A stretch of 64,000 nucleotides of DNA from Octopus bimaculoides (Eukaryota): positions 126,989,097-127,053,096 of the forward strand of contig NC_068981.1 in the NCBI RefSeq assembly GCF_001194135.2, in the 5' to 3' direction. The translations under genes and the position numbers were made by a program. Position 1 is the stretch's first letter. Every line of letters starts with the position of its first letter. Below the pieces are notes generated by a model. That model made no database searches. It was not told where the DNA came from and was given only the letters and a program-made list of their open reading frames with translations. This document shows positions 46,678 to 60,138 of this stretch, in pieces.

Positions 46678-47442
46678 ATATTTTAACCATGCCTAATACT
46701 GCCTTGATCCAATCACCTCTTTCTTGAGAAGGAACATTTGTATAGAAATTAGTTCAAAGCAAATTCAAAGTTATTCCCTGTTTTCCAAAATTTGCACCCA
46801 AAAGAAAACCTGTTCAGTAGCTAGAGAATATAATACTAAAACCAGAACTTGATAGCTGACAGAATAGTCAATTACTACAGCAGGTATGGCTATGTGAATA
46901 AGACATATAATTTCACAATCATATTGTTCTCATCAAGCTTTTCAATTTTGCATTAGAATGAACTCTCAAAATCATTTTCAAAGACCTACTGGAAATCTAA
47001 TTTCTAATCTATGATATAGAAATGGGCCAAAGTGCTAGAAAGTCATAGTGAAAACAAATTTCTTTATGGTGTTTAGCTACAAACTAGATCTGATCAAACA
47101 GATGTCCTAGTTGTGACCATCCAATTTTTTGCGTGTCAAGGATTACACAGTTGAATGTATCATTCAATACTGAAATCTATGGAGATATGAAGGGAGAATT
47201 GACTGCTATTTCTACCAAATCAAATGCCTGCATAAAGGCTCCCTTGTTGGCTACTACAGATAGTAAAAATAAAGTTGTCATTAGTAAATCTTTAAACAAA
47301 GTTTGGCAAGTAAACTTTCAAACTACCTGAGTATTCTAGGTCAACCGTTACATAGCAATAAACCCAAGGTTGGGAGCTACTAATAAAATGACTTGGAAAT
47401 ACTACACTGCAGATCCATGCCATAACATAAAAAAACGATGAT

Positions 47443-47881
47443 TTAACTCTTTAGCATTTTAACCAGCCATATCTGCCCAAATAATCTGGTCTTGTGTTCA
47501 AACTTCCCTGATCTGTATCTCACTCTTACCTAAAATGTCATTCTAAAAAGTGTAATCACATCATCGAAATTTTGAAACGATAAAATGATACATGATTAAC
47601 TCAAAACAATGTGGATAAATAAGAATTATATTTGATAGAATAATATGAATTTAGAAGGGTTAACTTTTTAGCATTTGGATTTCTGTCAAATGTAATGCTT
47701 ATTTATTCAGTTTTGAATTTACCCTGCATTATCTTGTAGCCTTGAGATTTCATGATGTGATTATTTATTTCTTAGACTGACATTATAGTGTAGGTGTGAG
47801 AGGCTGAACCTGGCCAGTTTGAACATAAAACAGGTAGAATATTTTGGCTGGATATGGCCAGTTTAAATGCAAAAGGGTTAA
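47443..47881. mobile_element. Two TTAA-flanked piggyBac-like MITEs in inverted orientation sharing a central TTAA (third copy 49972-50182)
   Basis: TTAA at 47443, 47660 and 47878; C(C/T)(C/T)TT..AAGGG ends; internal similarity among the three copies. Confidence 0.75.
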
Positions 47882-50205
47882 ACAATGATAATAATGACCA
47901 ACAGACATACCAACTAAATATTCCTTCAAAAAATGTCAACTATCTTTAAATCTCAAGATGAACTGTTTGACAGCTAAACTATTAAAGTAAAGTCACACAA
48001 TTAAAGCTTAATGCTACTATCTTCAATGTGAGAATCACATCTTTTAAACTCCTAACCCTATTTGCTAATGAGCTAAGACATATTTCAGGTATCCTATCTA
48101 AAACTTTTGATTAATTAGTTTTAATTACTAGAGTTGGCACCAAGATTGAAGGTCATCATTTAATTTATATACATTTTGTTGTATCTTGGGAGACACTGGT
48201 TCAATTTCACTTCTTTATTTGTCAATTGATTAGCTACTTAACCAATAAACTAATTGATTGTTTGATTAAATATTTGATTAATCAATCAATCAAGCTGTGT
48301 TAGCCAAAGTCCATTTGTCACCATTCATGACTTCCTGAATGACATGCCCTGTCTACTCCCTGTCAAGCTTCTGCATACGATTCTGAAATCTTTTTAAATG
48401 TTGCAGAAATCTTTATCTTTTGGAAAAATAATTGCTAAGACCATGCATTATTTTTGTAGTCTTAATACTTAACTCAAAATGCATTACAGAAAAAACAGGA
48501 TGGCTACTGTTAAAAAAGAAAAAAAAATAGTTAATGCAATAGTTGTATTCAAAGCTATGAATCTTGGTAATTTAATTTTTATCACAAACATTTTATACTG
48601 AAATTTTAACTGTTTCCCACATTGGAACATCTAGTTATCTTTAATGATGACTTGTGCAGCGACTTGCTCAAAGTGGAAAAGTGTTGCACATCATCAACCT
48701 CTCTCTCTCTCTCATCACTGATCATCTTCAATCCAGTGGCAAGACCAGGTCAAGATAGCAGAGAATGGAGATAGGAGCAGTAGATGACCACGATGTCTTA
48801 TATGCCCCATCTGGCTCTCTGTACTGCAGCCGCTTTCCTCTCTGTTGAACCATGAAGGTTTCTTCCACAGTCTGCTGGATCTAGTCTTCACATGCATAAG
48901 TAGGAAAGTGACTAAAAACCGAACACTACAGGAGGGATGATTCAGTTTCAAAAACTGACTATGATCATTAATGTCACTCACAGAGCTAAAAGCCTCCTCA
49001 GATAAGACATGATTGTTACTTCCCATTTTCCATTCCTTATAAATCTGAATTAATGAACAAATTGGAAGAAGTGGTAAAGAGATGAAGGATATCAAGGGTG
49101 TGTGTGTGTGTGTGTGCACACGCACACACACACGTGTATACAATCACTCAGCATGTTTTGTGCTAAAATTCTGTTCAGCCAAAAGTGACTTGAGTATTCA
49201 ATAGCAACCTATAGAAGGCATGTTGATCCACTATGTATAAAATAAGGAGTCAACAATGGATTCTGCACAATGGTTACAGTTGTCAGATAAATTTAATCAT
49301 CACGTTCAGGGCAAAAAAAAAAAGCAACACTAAAGAATAATGTCACATAACCCATCAGATCATTTGAACTCACTTGTTGACCTTGTAGTCAGCATTGTAT
49401 CCAAGGCCAGGTTTGCAGTCAATCAAGCTCCACTTATCAGAGAATTTGAGCACAGAATTAAGAAACTAATAGTGTGTAATGAAATCATTGAGAATTAGGA
49501 AAAAGCTAATATTGTTAGGTACCAAGAATGTTATTTACAATTAGATTAGTCTAACAAAAGAGAAATCTTTTTATCAGAGTTATAATATGGCACCAACAGT
49601 GGAATAACCAGCAAATCTTCAACAGGTAGGCTAACATCTTATCAACTATACTAGGCTGAGATGCACATTATGAATGATGAGGATAAAGAGACCGAAATTG
49701 TCAGTCTGACAAAGCCTTGATTAGCTTGCTTCTGTTGAGGACACCACCAGAATTGACATCAGACAGAAGTAGACAAAAGGAAGCATATAACTAGACTGTC
49801 ACACAACATGTCAACGTGATCTTCAGTCAGGTAGCAGAGGTCTAATATATGAGATCACAATTCTGTGAATTGCATCTAGTTGTCTGACTAACTCGCCCAT
49901 TTTAGATCTGTTTAAAACTGACCATGAGTTTCATAACATTAATATTTCATATAGATAATCCAAAGAATGCATTAACCCTTAAGCAACCAGATTATTCTGT
50001 CAAATGCAATGCTTATTCACATTGCTTTGATTTAATCCTATATTATCTTATAGCTTTGAGATTTAAATGATGTGATGGTTTATTTTTAGAATGACATTGT
50101 AAGAGAAGTGTGAGAGGTCAGATCTGGTCAATTTGAACCCAAAACAGGCCAGATATGGCCAATTTAAATACTAGAGGGTTAAACAGATTTTTTTCATATT
50201 GAAAA

Positions 50206-51031
50206 GTACCATAAAAACCCATTTGCGCACCTGTGTAATTTACGCAGGTGATTTTCAGGATAAAATTTGTTAAAAAAAGCTTCTACTCATGTAAAATTTA
50301 CACCCAAAAGTTTTCAGAATTGCTGATATGGCCAGGTGTAAAAGTTTTCAACTTAGCTGTATTTAGCATAATTTAACTTACTTAAGATTAGATTTTATTA
50401 AATTTTCTTTAAATAAAAACAATTTCTGTTTAACAGGTATCACATTAAAAGCTATTAAATTACGAAGTGTTTGTGTTGTTTATAATAAACTTTATTTTAC
50501 ATTTCTTGCCCACAAGAGATTATGTCCGATCTTTAGCATACTGTTGTATATCTTCTCAAATCACGATCACAGGAAAAGTTGTTGATAAGAATTATCAACA
50601 AAAACAAAGCTGATAATCAAACTGATTGTGTAAACAGAATTCTGATCAGTCGAATGCATCTTCTTGTCTCAAGCTCCGATTTTCTGCCTATTCTTCTCAG
50701 AACCTTTGATACATCAAACGCCAAAAAGTAGAAAAGTAGTTAACCATTTAATGGGTTTAGTAAATTTATACAGAAAAAGTAAGCATTATACCGTCCAGCA
50801 TAAATAAAAATCAACTTCATTATATTTAAACCCTTATTTTTTGCTGTAAAAACCTATTCTGACATTAAATGAGTCAACTTCCAGTATGAATGTTTATGTA
50901 TGTCTTTTTTCAACAAAAAAAATTTCTAAAAAAATTCTGTAAATGATCTACTCATGTAATTTACACACCCCTAAAGTTTATTTTTATTGTTTGCGAAAAA
51001 AAAGTGCATAAATTACATGAGTTTTTTACCA
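50206..51031. mobile_element. Decayed Tc2/pogo-like TIR element
   Basis: TACCATAAAAAC..GTAATTTACGCA start and TGCATAAATTACATGAGTTTTTTACCATA end; repeated CTACTCATGTAA subterminal motifs. Confidence 0.4.
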
Positions 51032-53169
51032 TAGTTAAAAAAGGAACAGAATTTACAATCTGCTTTGAACATGAATGTGAGAGCTAAGATTTGAGTTTAA
51101 GCATGTTTGTTTGAGAAGGGTTACTGTATACCGGAGGCGCAATGGCCCAGTGGTTAGGGCAGTGGACTCACGGTTTCGATTCCCAGACCGGGCATTGTGA
51201 GTGTTTATTGAGAGAAAACACCTAAAGCTCCACGAGGCTCCGGCAGGGGATGGTGGCGAACCCTGCTGTACTCTTCCACCACAACTTTCTCTCACTCTTA
51301 CTTCCTGTTTCTGTTGTGCCTGTAATTCAAGGCAGTGGACTCGCGGTTTCGATTCCCAGATCGGGCATTGTGAGTGTTTATTGAGAGAAAACACCTAAAG
51401 CTCCACGAGGCTCCAGCAGGGGATGGTGGCGAACCCTGCTGTACAACTTTCTCTCACTCTTACTTCCTGTTTCTGTTGTGCCTGTAATTCAANNNNNNNN
51501 NNNNNNNNNNNNNNNNNNNNNNNNNNNNNNNNNNNNNNNNNNNNNNNNNNNNNNNNNNNNNNNNNNNNNNNNNNNNNNNNNNNNNNNNNNNNNNNNNNNN
51601 NNNNNNNNNNNNNNNNNNNNNNNNNNNNNNNNNNNNNNNNNNNNNNNNNNNNNNNNNNNNNNNNNNNNNNNNNNNNNNNNNNNNNNNNNCGGAGGCGCAA
51701 TGGCCCAGTGGTTAGGGCAGTGGACTCACGGTTTCGATTCCCAGACCGGGCATTGTGAGTGTTTATTGAGAGAAAACACCTAAAGCTCCACGAGGCTCCA
51801 GCAGGGGATGGTGGCGAACCCTGCTGTACAACTTTCTCTCACTCTTACTTCCTGTTTCTGTTGTGCCTGTAATTCAAAGGATCAGTCTTGTCACACTGTG
51901 TCACGCTGAATATCTCCGAGAACTACGTTAAGGGTACACATGTCTGTGGAGTGCTCAGCCACTTGCATGTTAATTTCACAAGCAGGCTGTTCCGTTGATC
52001 GGATCGACTGGAACCCACAACATCGTAAGCGACGGAGTGCCAACAAACACTGTATACCATTCAGTACAACCAATAAAATTTATAGAGTGAAGACACACAA
52101 GGGTACATCCATACAATTGCTCAATCTGCTAAAAGTAACAGCCAAACTACCTTCAAATCACAATATACCAACTTACAAAAGGAAGAACAGATTAGACAAT
52201 GTAATCCCTGATATACAAAAAGTTGCCATGATATATGGAAGAAATGTTTTTCAACATGAGTCTGCTTGGTCAGGTTTTGACCAGAAGGATCAGCAGTAAT
52301 CTTTAGGTTTTAAAAGCACCATTCAAGCGTTGGACCTCATGGAGGCAGTGACAGGTGATCAAGACCTTTAGCAATATATCAAGCTTATGTAGATCTGTCA
52401 AGCCAAGTGATATCGTAGTCATGGTCGATGCTGGTGTCATGCCAGTGGTACGTAAAAAGCACCTACAACACTCTTGGAGTGGTTGGCATTAGGAAAGGCA
52501 TCTGGCCGTAGAAACCTTGCCAATTCAGATTGGAGCCTGTGCAGCTCCCTGGCTTACCAGTTTCCAGTCAAACTGTCCAAACTATGCTGGCATGGAAAAC
52601 AGATATTAAATGATGATGATGATATATCTAGAAGTGGGTGGAGCTGAATTATCAATTTAAGACAGAAAAAGATTTATGAAAACACTTCAAGAATACCTTT
52701 TTTCTTTTATTATTAAATGTACAAGACCTTTGTGAAATGTGGCTACAGAAAAGACAAAGACTTTTTCACTTATAGTGATAGCAACTGAACTCTCAATGAA
52801 TATATACTTGCTAAAATCCCCTATATTGTGTCCAAGAAGAATTTTCTAGTAGTGGTGACCACAATAGATACAACCTAATCTTTCGTTCAATTTTAGGTTC
52901 ATAAATTTAAAGCACTGCTCAATCAAAATCTTATTTTCCCCTTGTAAACCTTATATCAGATACAAAGGGATCTTCCAGTTTAAAGGGATCTAGAATGAAG
53001 CTACTCTTCACAAGTACACATATTGTTGATAAGGGTAGAGGAAAACCAAAGTGGTAGTTTATACAAATGCCAAATCAGAGATAAGATGCTATATGATCGA
53101 AGCACTACAAACAATATCTTACTGAACCAGTGGGCCTAATTTATCATCATTTAGCATGTTTTTCGATGC

Positions 53170-53570
53170 TTGCACAGATCTTCTCAACAGTGTTTTTTCC
53201 CTTGTTGTAGCTTTGTCATCTTCAGATTTAGCATCCCTAAGAATTCTTCACACCTTACTTTTCCACAGGTTTCTTTAACTTAGCACTTCTTTTCCTAACA
53301 TTCACCCTCCATATGTATCACATGTTCACACCAGTGCAGTCTTCTCTCTAGCATGCAACAACTGATTCTTCTTGTTGCAAACTTCTCTTTTAGTTCATGT
53401 GATCATTCATACATGCAGATTAATATATCCAGCAGAGTCTACTTGCTCTATTCATATTCACATCTTTTGCATTCAGTGCTCATGATTCACTATTATACAA
53501 AATCACATTTTGTACACAAGTAACATATAATCTGCCCTTCACTTTTTTATATTTCATTTTTACTCTGGCT
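53170..53570 (-). mobile_element. RTE LINE ORF C-terminal relic
   Basis: Homologous to 11395-11800. Confidence 0.55.
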
Positions 53571-55720
53571 ACTATGCTCTCTCCCCCTCTCTTCTATATA
53601 TATCATCATCATCATTGTTGTTTAACGTCCGCTTTCCATGCTAGCATGGGTTGGACGATTTGACTGAGGACTGGTGAAACCAGATGGCTACACCAGGCTC
53701 CAATCTGATTTGGCAGAGTTTCTACAGCTGGATGCCCTTCCTAACGCCAACCACTCCGAGAGTGTAGTGGGTGCTTTTACGTGCCACCGGCACAAAGGCC
53801 AGTCAGGCAGTACTGGCAACGGCCACACTCAAAATGGTGTATTTTACATGCCACCTGCACAGGAGCCAGTCCAGTGGCACTGGCAACGATCTCGCTCGAA
53901 TGTCTTTACACGTGCAACCGGCACAAGTGCCAGGAAGGCGACACTGGGCACAGGTGCCATCACAATTTCGCTTTCGCTAGCCCCAACAGGTCTTTGCAAG
54001 CCGAGTTTCGTGTCCAAAGAAGGAGACAACGTTGGCATGGGTCGAATTTAGTTTGATTTCGATTTCACTTGCCTTAACAGGTCTTCGCAAGCGAAATTTA
54101 GTGTCCAATGAAGGAAGGTACGCATACACACACTTCATCAAATGTCTAGGGTTTTTTTCCACACTAGCACAGGTTTGAACAGATTTATTTGGGCATAGGA
54201 CTGTATGGCCAAATTCTCTTCTCATTGCCAGGCCACAACCCTTGAGGTGAAAATAGTAGAACTAGTAAAACAATAAAAGTATCTCCTATATGATGTCCTT
54301 GGTCATCAATGACAAACAAACATTATATTATTATTATCATATGGTGGTTTAGCTGGCAGAATCATTAGCATGCCATGCAAAATGCTTAGCAGCATTTAAT
54401 CTGTCTTTACATTCATTCTGAGTTCAAATTCCACTGAGGTTGACTTTGCCTTTCATCCTTTCGGGGTTGATAAAATAACTCACTGTACTAAGTGACCTCA
54501 GTTACATACTGAAGTCACTGAGTACTAGGTTGATGTAATCGACTTCCCCATCCCCGAAATTGCTGGCCTTGGGGCAAAATTCGAAACCATTATTATTATC
54601 ATTAATATATGCACACATATGTATAAAAAATGTATCACTTAACATAAATTAATTATGAATAGTGACATAGAGTTAGATTAATGAATTCATGAATTCTGAG
54701 ACAAATGACAATCAGGAAAAGGAAGGTTGCTAATTAACTACTGTCAAAACTTTGGGTATGCAAGAGATAATATGGGAGCACCAGCAGGTCTTTGTAGTAG
54801 ATGTAGTGATTAGCAGTAACAGTGTCCTTGAAATGAATTCTTTTAAGTGTATGGAAAGACCCTTAAAACAGAAATTAATAGCATCAGTGATCTAATCAGC
54901 AGAGGAGGGATGGATGTTCTGAAAGCAAAATAACGAAAGTAAGAACAGAGCAGAAAAACTTCAAGAACCTATTACTTATGCTGACAACAAAAGGAATCTC
55001 ATCTGAGTAAAAATGCAGATTTTATGATACTTAACTTTTATTTGTTTCAGTCATTAGACTGTGGCCATGCTGGGGCATTGCCTTGAAGAATTTTAGTTGA
55101 ATAAATCGACCCCAGTACTTATTTTTTTGTAAAGCCTGGTACTTTTTATATCAATTTCTTTTGCTGGACTGCTAAGTTACAGGGACAATCACATCAATAC
55201 CAGTTATAAAGTGGTGGTAAGTGACAGACACAAAGACACTAAGAACTTTCGAGCGAGATCGTTGCCAGTGCTCCTGAAATGGCTCTTGTGCAGGTGGCAC
55301 ATAAAATACACCATTTTGAGCACGGCCGTTGCCAGTACCGCCTGACTGGCCTTCGTGCCGGTGGTCCGTAAAAGCACCCACTACACTCTCAGAGTGGTTG
55401 GCGTTAGGAAGGGCATCCAGCTGTAGAAACTCTGCCAAATCAGATTGGAGCCTGGTGTAGCCATCTGGTTTCACCAGTCCTCAGTCAAATTGTCCAACCC
55501 ATGCTAGCATGGAAAGCGGATGTTAAACGACGATGATGATGATATATATAAAGTAAATATATATACCGAAGTAAGCACATAAATGTGAAACAAGGTGGGG
55601 AAAAAATAGTACTCGAATACTATTTCACGTTCCCATTCGTCAGACAGACAAACAGGAATATGAAACTCTGAGTAGCAGTTTTTTGTGATATTCTTGCAGC
55701 TTTAATAATAATAAAGTGTG

Positions 55721-55774
<54 letters not shown>

Positions 55775-57184
55775 NNNNNNNNNNTGAGTTTCTGTCTACC
55801 AAATCCACTCACAAGGCTTTGGTCAGCCTGAGACTATAGTAGAAGACACTTGCCCAAAGTTCCATGCAGTGGGACTGAACGCAGAATCATGTGGTTGAGA
55901 AGCCAACTTCTTACCATGCAGCTACACCTAGTGCATGGTAGTGAAACATGGATATTGGATGCATAATGCTGATGTACATGAACAAACAGCACAAATAAGT
56001 TGATAATAAAAACTGAGTATATGAGAAATCAGCTATAGTGTGCAAAAGAAAAGACAGAGCTAGTATGGAGACATGATGCATATGGTTAATGACAGTTGGT
56101 AAAAAAGTGCCAAGTGGTCCCAATGGAAGGAATATGTGATAAAGAAACATTGAGAAAGATGTAGGAAGTAGTGAAGTTGATGTCAGAATGTTGAAGGTTG
56201 CAAAGGTGACAAGGTACCATAAATAGCAAGAAGCTGCACTGGAGAAGACCAAATCCAAGCATGGCAAAATAGATGTAAAATGATAATGACTATCAGTTTT
56301 ATATTTATTTTTCTAATGCCTGCATGGATTGGCTAGGTTTAGGAGAAAGCATTCAACCACATATCTTAATCTTCCATGATGACTGATATGCATAATGAGA
56401 AATAAGTTCAGTAAATATCAAACTTCAAAAGTCACTTCACTAATCTCATTTAAAATAAACATTAATGAACCAACATTTGAGCCTTTATGTGGTCATTTAA
56501 ATGGCTAGACATAGCAGCAAAATCTTCAAGTTACACTATATCAGCTTGAAAAAGAACCACATTGGATAATGGTGTTGTAGATTATGCAATGCTCAAAAGA
56601 ACAGACAAAATGGTAATACCTGAAACGTTTTGGATTATGAGTCTGTACAGTGACAGTTGACCTGAGATTAAACAACAAACGTCTACTTCACAGACAACAT
56701 ATAAGCAATCAGGTATTTATGTTGTTTTTGTAACTTCCTGTTTTCAATTTAAGTAAAAAAAACGAAACTTGATAGAATGTCATTTATAATACAGGAAGTG
56801 GCAGAAAAAAATTCCCATATTTTATTTGGTCATCGGTGTGTGGCACTAATGCTGCTCCAGCATGACCGCAGCCACTTGGCTGAAACCCATAAATAAATAA
56901 ATAAATATAGCTAATGTTTTTATCACTTTCCTTTTTTATTCCCCCACCCCACCAGCTATCCTCATGGTTTGGATTGATGCACACCATGCATTAACTGTTG
57001 AAATGTTTATCAAGAACAGGGAATCTGTAATTGCAACACAGATTTTTTCATATTCATTTTGGGTTAAATCAAAATGATGTTGCTCCAGACTGAAAATCTA
57101 TATTGCTATGGACTGAAAAATTCAGAGTTGCAGATTTAGGGCTAAAAAAAAAAAAAAAATTCTGGTAGACCTTAAGAGTGTTCA

Positions 57185-57725
57185 AACTCCAGTAAATATC
57201 CAACCTGTGAGATAGACAGTTTTGTAATCTCCTAAATGTTCAATACATAACCAACCTCTGCTTTGGGATTATCTGATTAAACTGTCTAGAGAATTTTACA
57301 CACTGATCTTAGGTTCCATACAAAATGATGGTGGTTTAGAAACTTCATGAACATGAGAGAACAACTGCAGGGTATGCTGCAAGGATATCCATCACAATGT
57401 TCCTGTAGATGTTCTCTTAAGCAATGAAGCCCGGTTTCATCTGTCTGATTTTGTCAATAAGTAGAATCTTCACTACTGAGCAAAAAGACAATCCTGATGT
57501 CTCATAAAAGAGCTCTACACAATAAACAAGTTACTGTGAAATGATTTGTAGTAAATTTTGGTGTTTGGAACCTCACATTTTTGACGAGGCCAAGCAATTA
57601 CAGTAACATCCAAACAACACATGGAAATGTTCCTTTACTTTCTGGAATCAAACCTCACATTCCTTAGAAACTTGCATGTAGCATCAACAGGATGGAGCCA
57701 ACAGCAGTGTATCACAATAGAGGCC
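57185..57725 (+). mobile_element. Tc1/mariner transposase relic resembling rosa/DD41D
   Basis: RILHTDL.F.PYKM..SNEARFHLS.FVNK.N..Y..QVTV..QQDGA pieces. Confidence 0.65.
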
Positions 57726-58559
57726 ACCATTTGGAAGATATTTCCGAAACCAAATGAAACAAACTGTATCCCTTCATGTTAATAAAATATTTTTTTGATA
57801 ACATTTACCTAGGCATTTTTGTTAACCTGTAAAATGTATTTTTCTCTCTTTTTTGCCTTACCCTGTATTAGGAAATCAAGATTTTTTCAAGCAACCAGAA
57901 ATCGATCACTTAGAGTAATAGAAGCATTTTATTATTCTAAAACAATCCAATTTTTCAAGTGGTGTTATCTGGAATATTATATATATATATATACTCTGAA
58001 GTATTGAGGATTACTTTTAAAGGAAATTATTTAATAAATGGCTCTCAAACAGGGAGTCATGAAAGAAATTTAATTTTATAGTTTCAATGATTATCCAAAA
58101 GTTAATAAGCAAACCGATGGCCAAAGAGTGAGGTTCAAATCGGAAGTTAGCCACAGCCAATTTAACAAAACGATAGCTTGTTATAAATTAGTCGTACGTA
58201 ACACTAACTTAGATTATGTTTCAAATAACTAATATACTGAAATTATATTTCTTTTATTTGAATTCGATTACTATAAATAAGCAGAATTTCTTATGAAAAC
58301 TACAGGTCACGGTTTTCGCTTTAACTACTACAATAGCTTTTGAAGCTTGCATCATAGATATAGTAAAGCTTTCTTGAAACTTCACACAGATTTATATATG
58401 TCAGTAATTATGATCATCATCATCACCATCTTAGTCGTAAGTTCTGTATATGTAGACAGGTTCCTTGAGCAAAGAATACGCAATAGAATTTCGTTCACCG
58501 ACTACAGTCATCTCATATTACCAACGTCGCTAACACCCTTGAGAAATAGATGAACATCA

Positions 58560-58720
58560 CAACTTTCCATCTGCTAGAAATAGCAAAATACCGTCATACT
58601 ATAATACCTCCACGGTCTTAAATATAGAAAAGAAAACACATTGAGCAATGTCGTATAGACAAGACAGTCACGGCTAGAATACTTTTGATCATAAGTCTGA
58701 CCGGATCTAAACAACCATCA
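58560..58720 (+). mobile_element. Additional dispersed retroposon module (copies near 16670, 25890, 26110, 44760, 52130, 56500)
   Basis: Recurrent CTGCTAGAAATAGCAGCCAAATCT..GACAATGTAGTC..TTTGATCATAGGTCTG-like sequence. Confidence 0.55.
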
Positions 58721-59368
58721 TTAGTCATTTTTCACTTTCCTTTGTGTAGTCGCACATCAGACTGAGTTTTATGTTAATGTTTAATATATACAAAGAACAT
58801 CGAAAAATAAATCCGAATTTGTCAAGGGCCGAAATAACAATTAATAAATAATAGTTTTTTGCAGAGACGCGATGCTTCTGAGTTTTCATTTGTGGGGATA
58901 AAATGCAAGGATTGTGACGTTTATGGTTTTCCCAAGGGCAACAGCGAGGGAAGCGAAGCGAAAAGATATGAATTAAAAATACTAACTACACACACGCAGT
59001 CTACAAGGAAAAACGATCTAATTTAGAATAGTATTGTCTGAGCAAGTGACCACGAGATAGAATATAGCTACTCCAGCCAAGCTGCATTCTAATGTCAATA
59101 TTTGGTTGTGGGGAGGTATTCAGAAAAGGGTATGTTGCACAGAGTGCGCCACTTCGATCGCTATAATAGTAGAATTGAGGTTTTCGCTGTTCTTATATCT
59201 CGAATTAGCATCGATTTATTAAGGGGGAACAGTAACAAAAAATATCTAAAAATTGGATATCAAAATAATACACACACCCACATATATATATATATATATT
59301 ATACAACATACACACGCATCGCTTCATTTCTTTCTTCACACACATACATATATATCTATATTTATATA

Positions 59369-59414
<46 letters not shown>

Positions 59415-59968
59415 GACGCTATACCCTACTCTACCACTATTTCGAGTGGGACACATAAAATCGCAGGACTTGAATGCTATCTGTTAATATTGTGATGCTT
59501 AACTAACTCGCTACACACCCACATGTTTGTAATATACTTCAATGTGCAAAAAGAAAATGAGGCTTTTTTTAAAAAATAGAACCATTGCGATCTGGCGAGC
59601 TTAGAAAAGATTTTCAGTAAAACAGTTTCTATTCAAAAGCAACACGATGATAAATTTGCTTAAATTACCGACGATAGAAATATTATCGATATTTGAAATG
59701 TATAAAAAAGCGTATTTAATAAAAAGTTTCGAGATGGAAATGCGACACAATTGTCAAAATGTCAACAAAAATAAAACAACGAAGTATAATCTAAAATAAC
59801 CTAAACAATAGTAAATATAAGTTCACCATGAAAAAAGCACATAAAAAGCATTAATAGCGAATAGCTTTAGCGATATATTGAAAATCACGAATGAAATATC
59901 TGAGCAGCTGTATAGAGTTAGTTCTAAAATAAATGGGGAAGCCATCGTGAGCAGGAGGAAAGACTCAC

Positions 59969-60038
59969 CTATGGCATCTGTCAATGAATAGGAGAAATAC
60001 TTCTTCACTTTACATGAAAACATGCTACTTCCCGCCAT
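59969..60038 (-). CDS. PAGR1: Predicted PAGR1-like exon 1 (MAGSSMFSCKVKKYFSYSLTDAI)
   Basis: ATGGCG at 60038, consensus AG|GTGAGT donor at 59968. 70 nt (phase 1) joins exon 2 in frame; total CDS 5628 nt = 1875 aa. May instead be a partly untranslated leader. Confidence 0.6.
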
Positions 60039-60065
60039 TACAAGGCACGTCGCTGTGTATGACAG

Positions 60066-60138
60066 TGCGCAGGCGCAGTACTAATACTAGTAACGTCACT
60101 TCCTATCAGTGACTTAAACTTCACTTTTCCATGGCAAC
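60066..60138. promoter_or_regulatory. Core promoter motif cluster: NRF1, ETS-CRE composite, X-box
   Basis: TGCGCAGGCGCA 60066-60077; AGGAAGTGACGTTA on - (60104-60091); TTTTCCATGGCAAC 60125-60138 (13 of 14 to GTTNCCATGGNAAC). Confidence 0.7.

Noticed and set aside
48715-49143. 142-aa ORF or 63-nt cassette exon in PAGR1 intron 1
   Set aside because: No homology recognised; the cassette would introduce a stop in the exon-1 frame.
51131-52046. Tandem triplication of the family-C SINE
   Set aside because: Copies share the same private deletion and straddle an N gap; most likely an assembly or gap-filling artefact.
55600-55650. Hammerhead-like CTGACGA on - (also at 25510-25520)
   Set aside because: No stem II or correctly placed GAAA and stem III.
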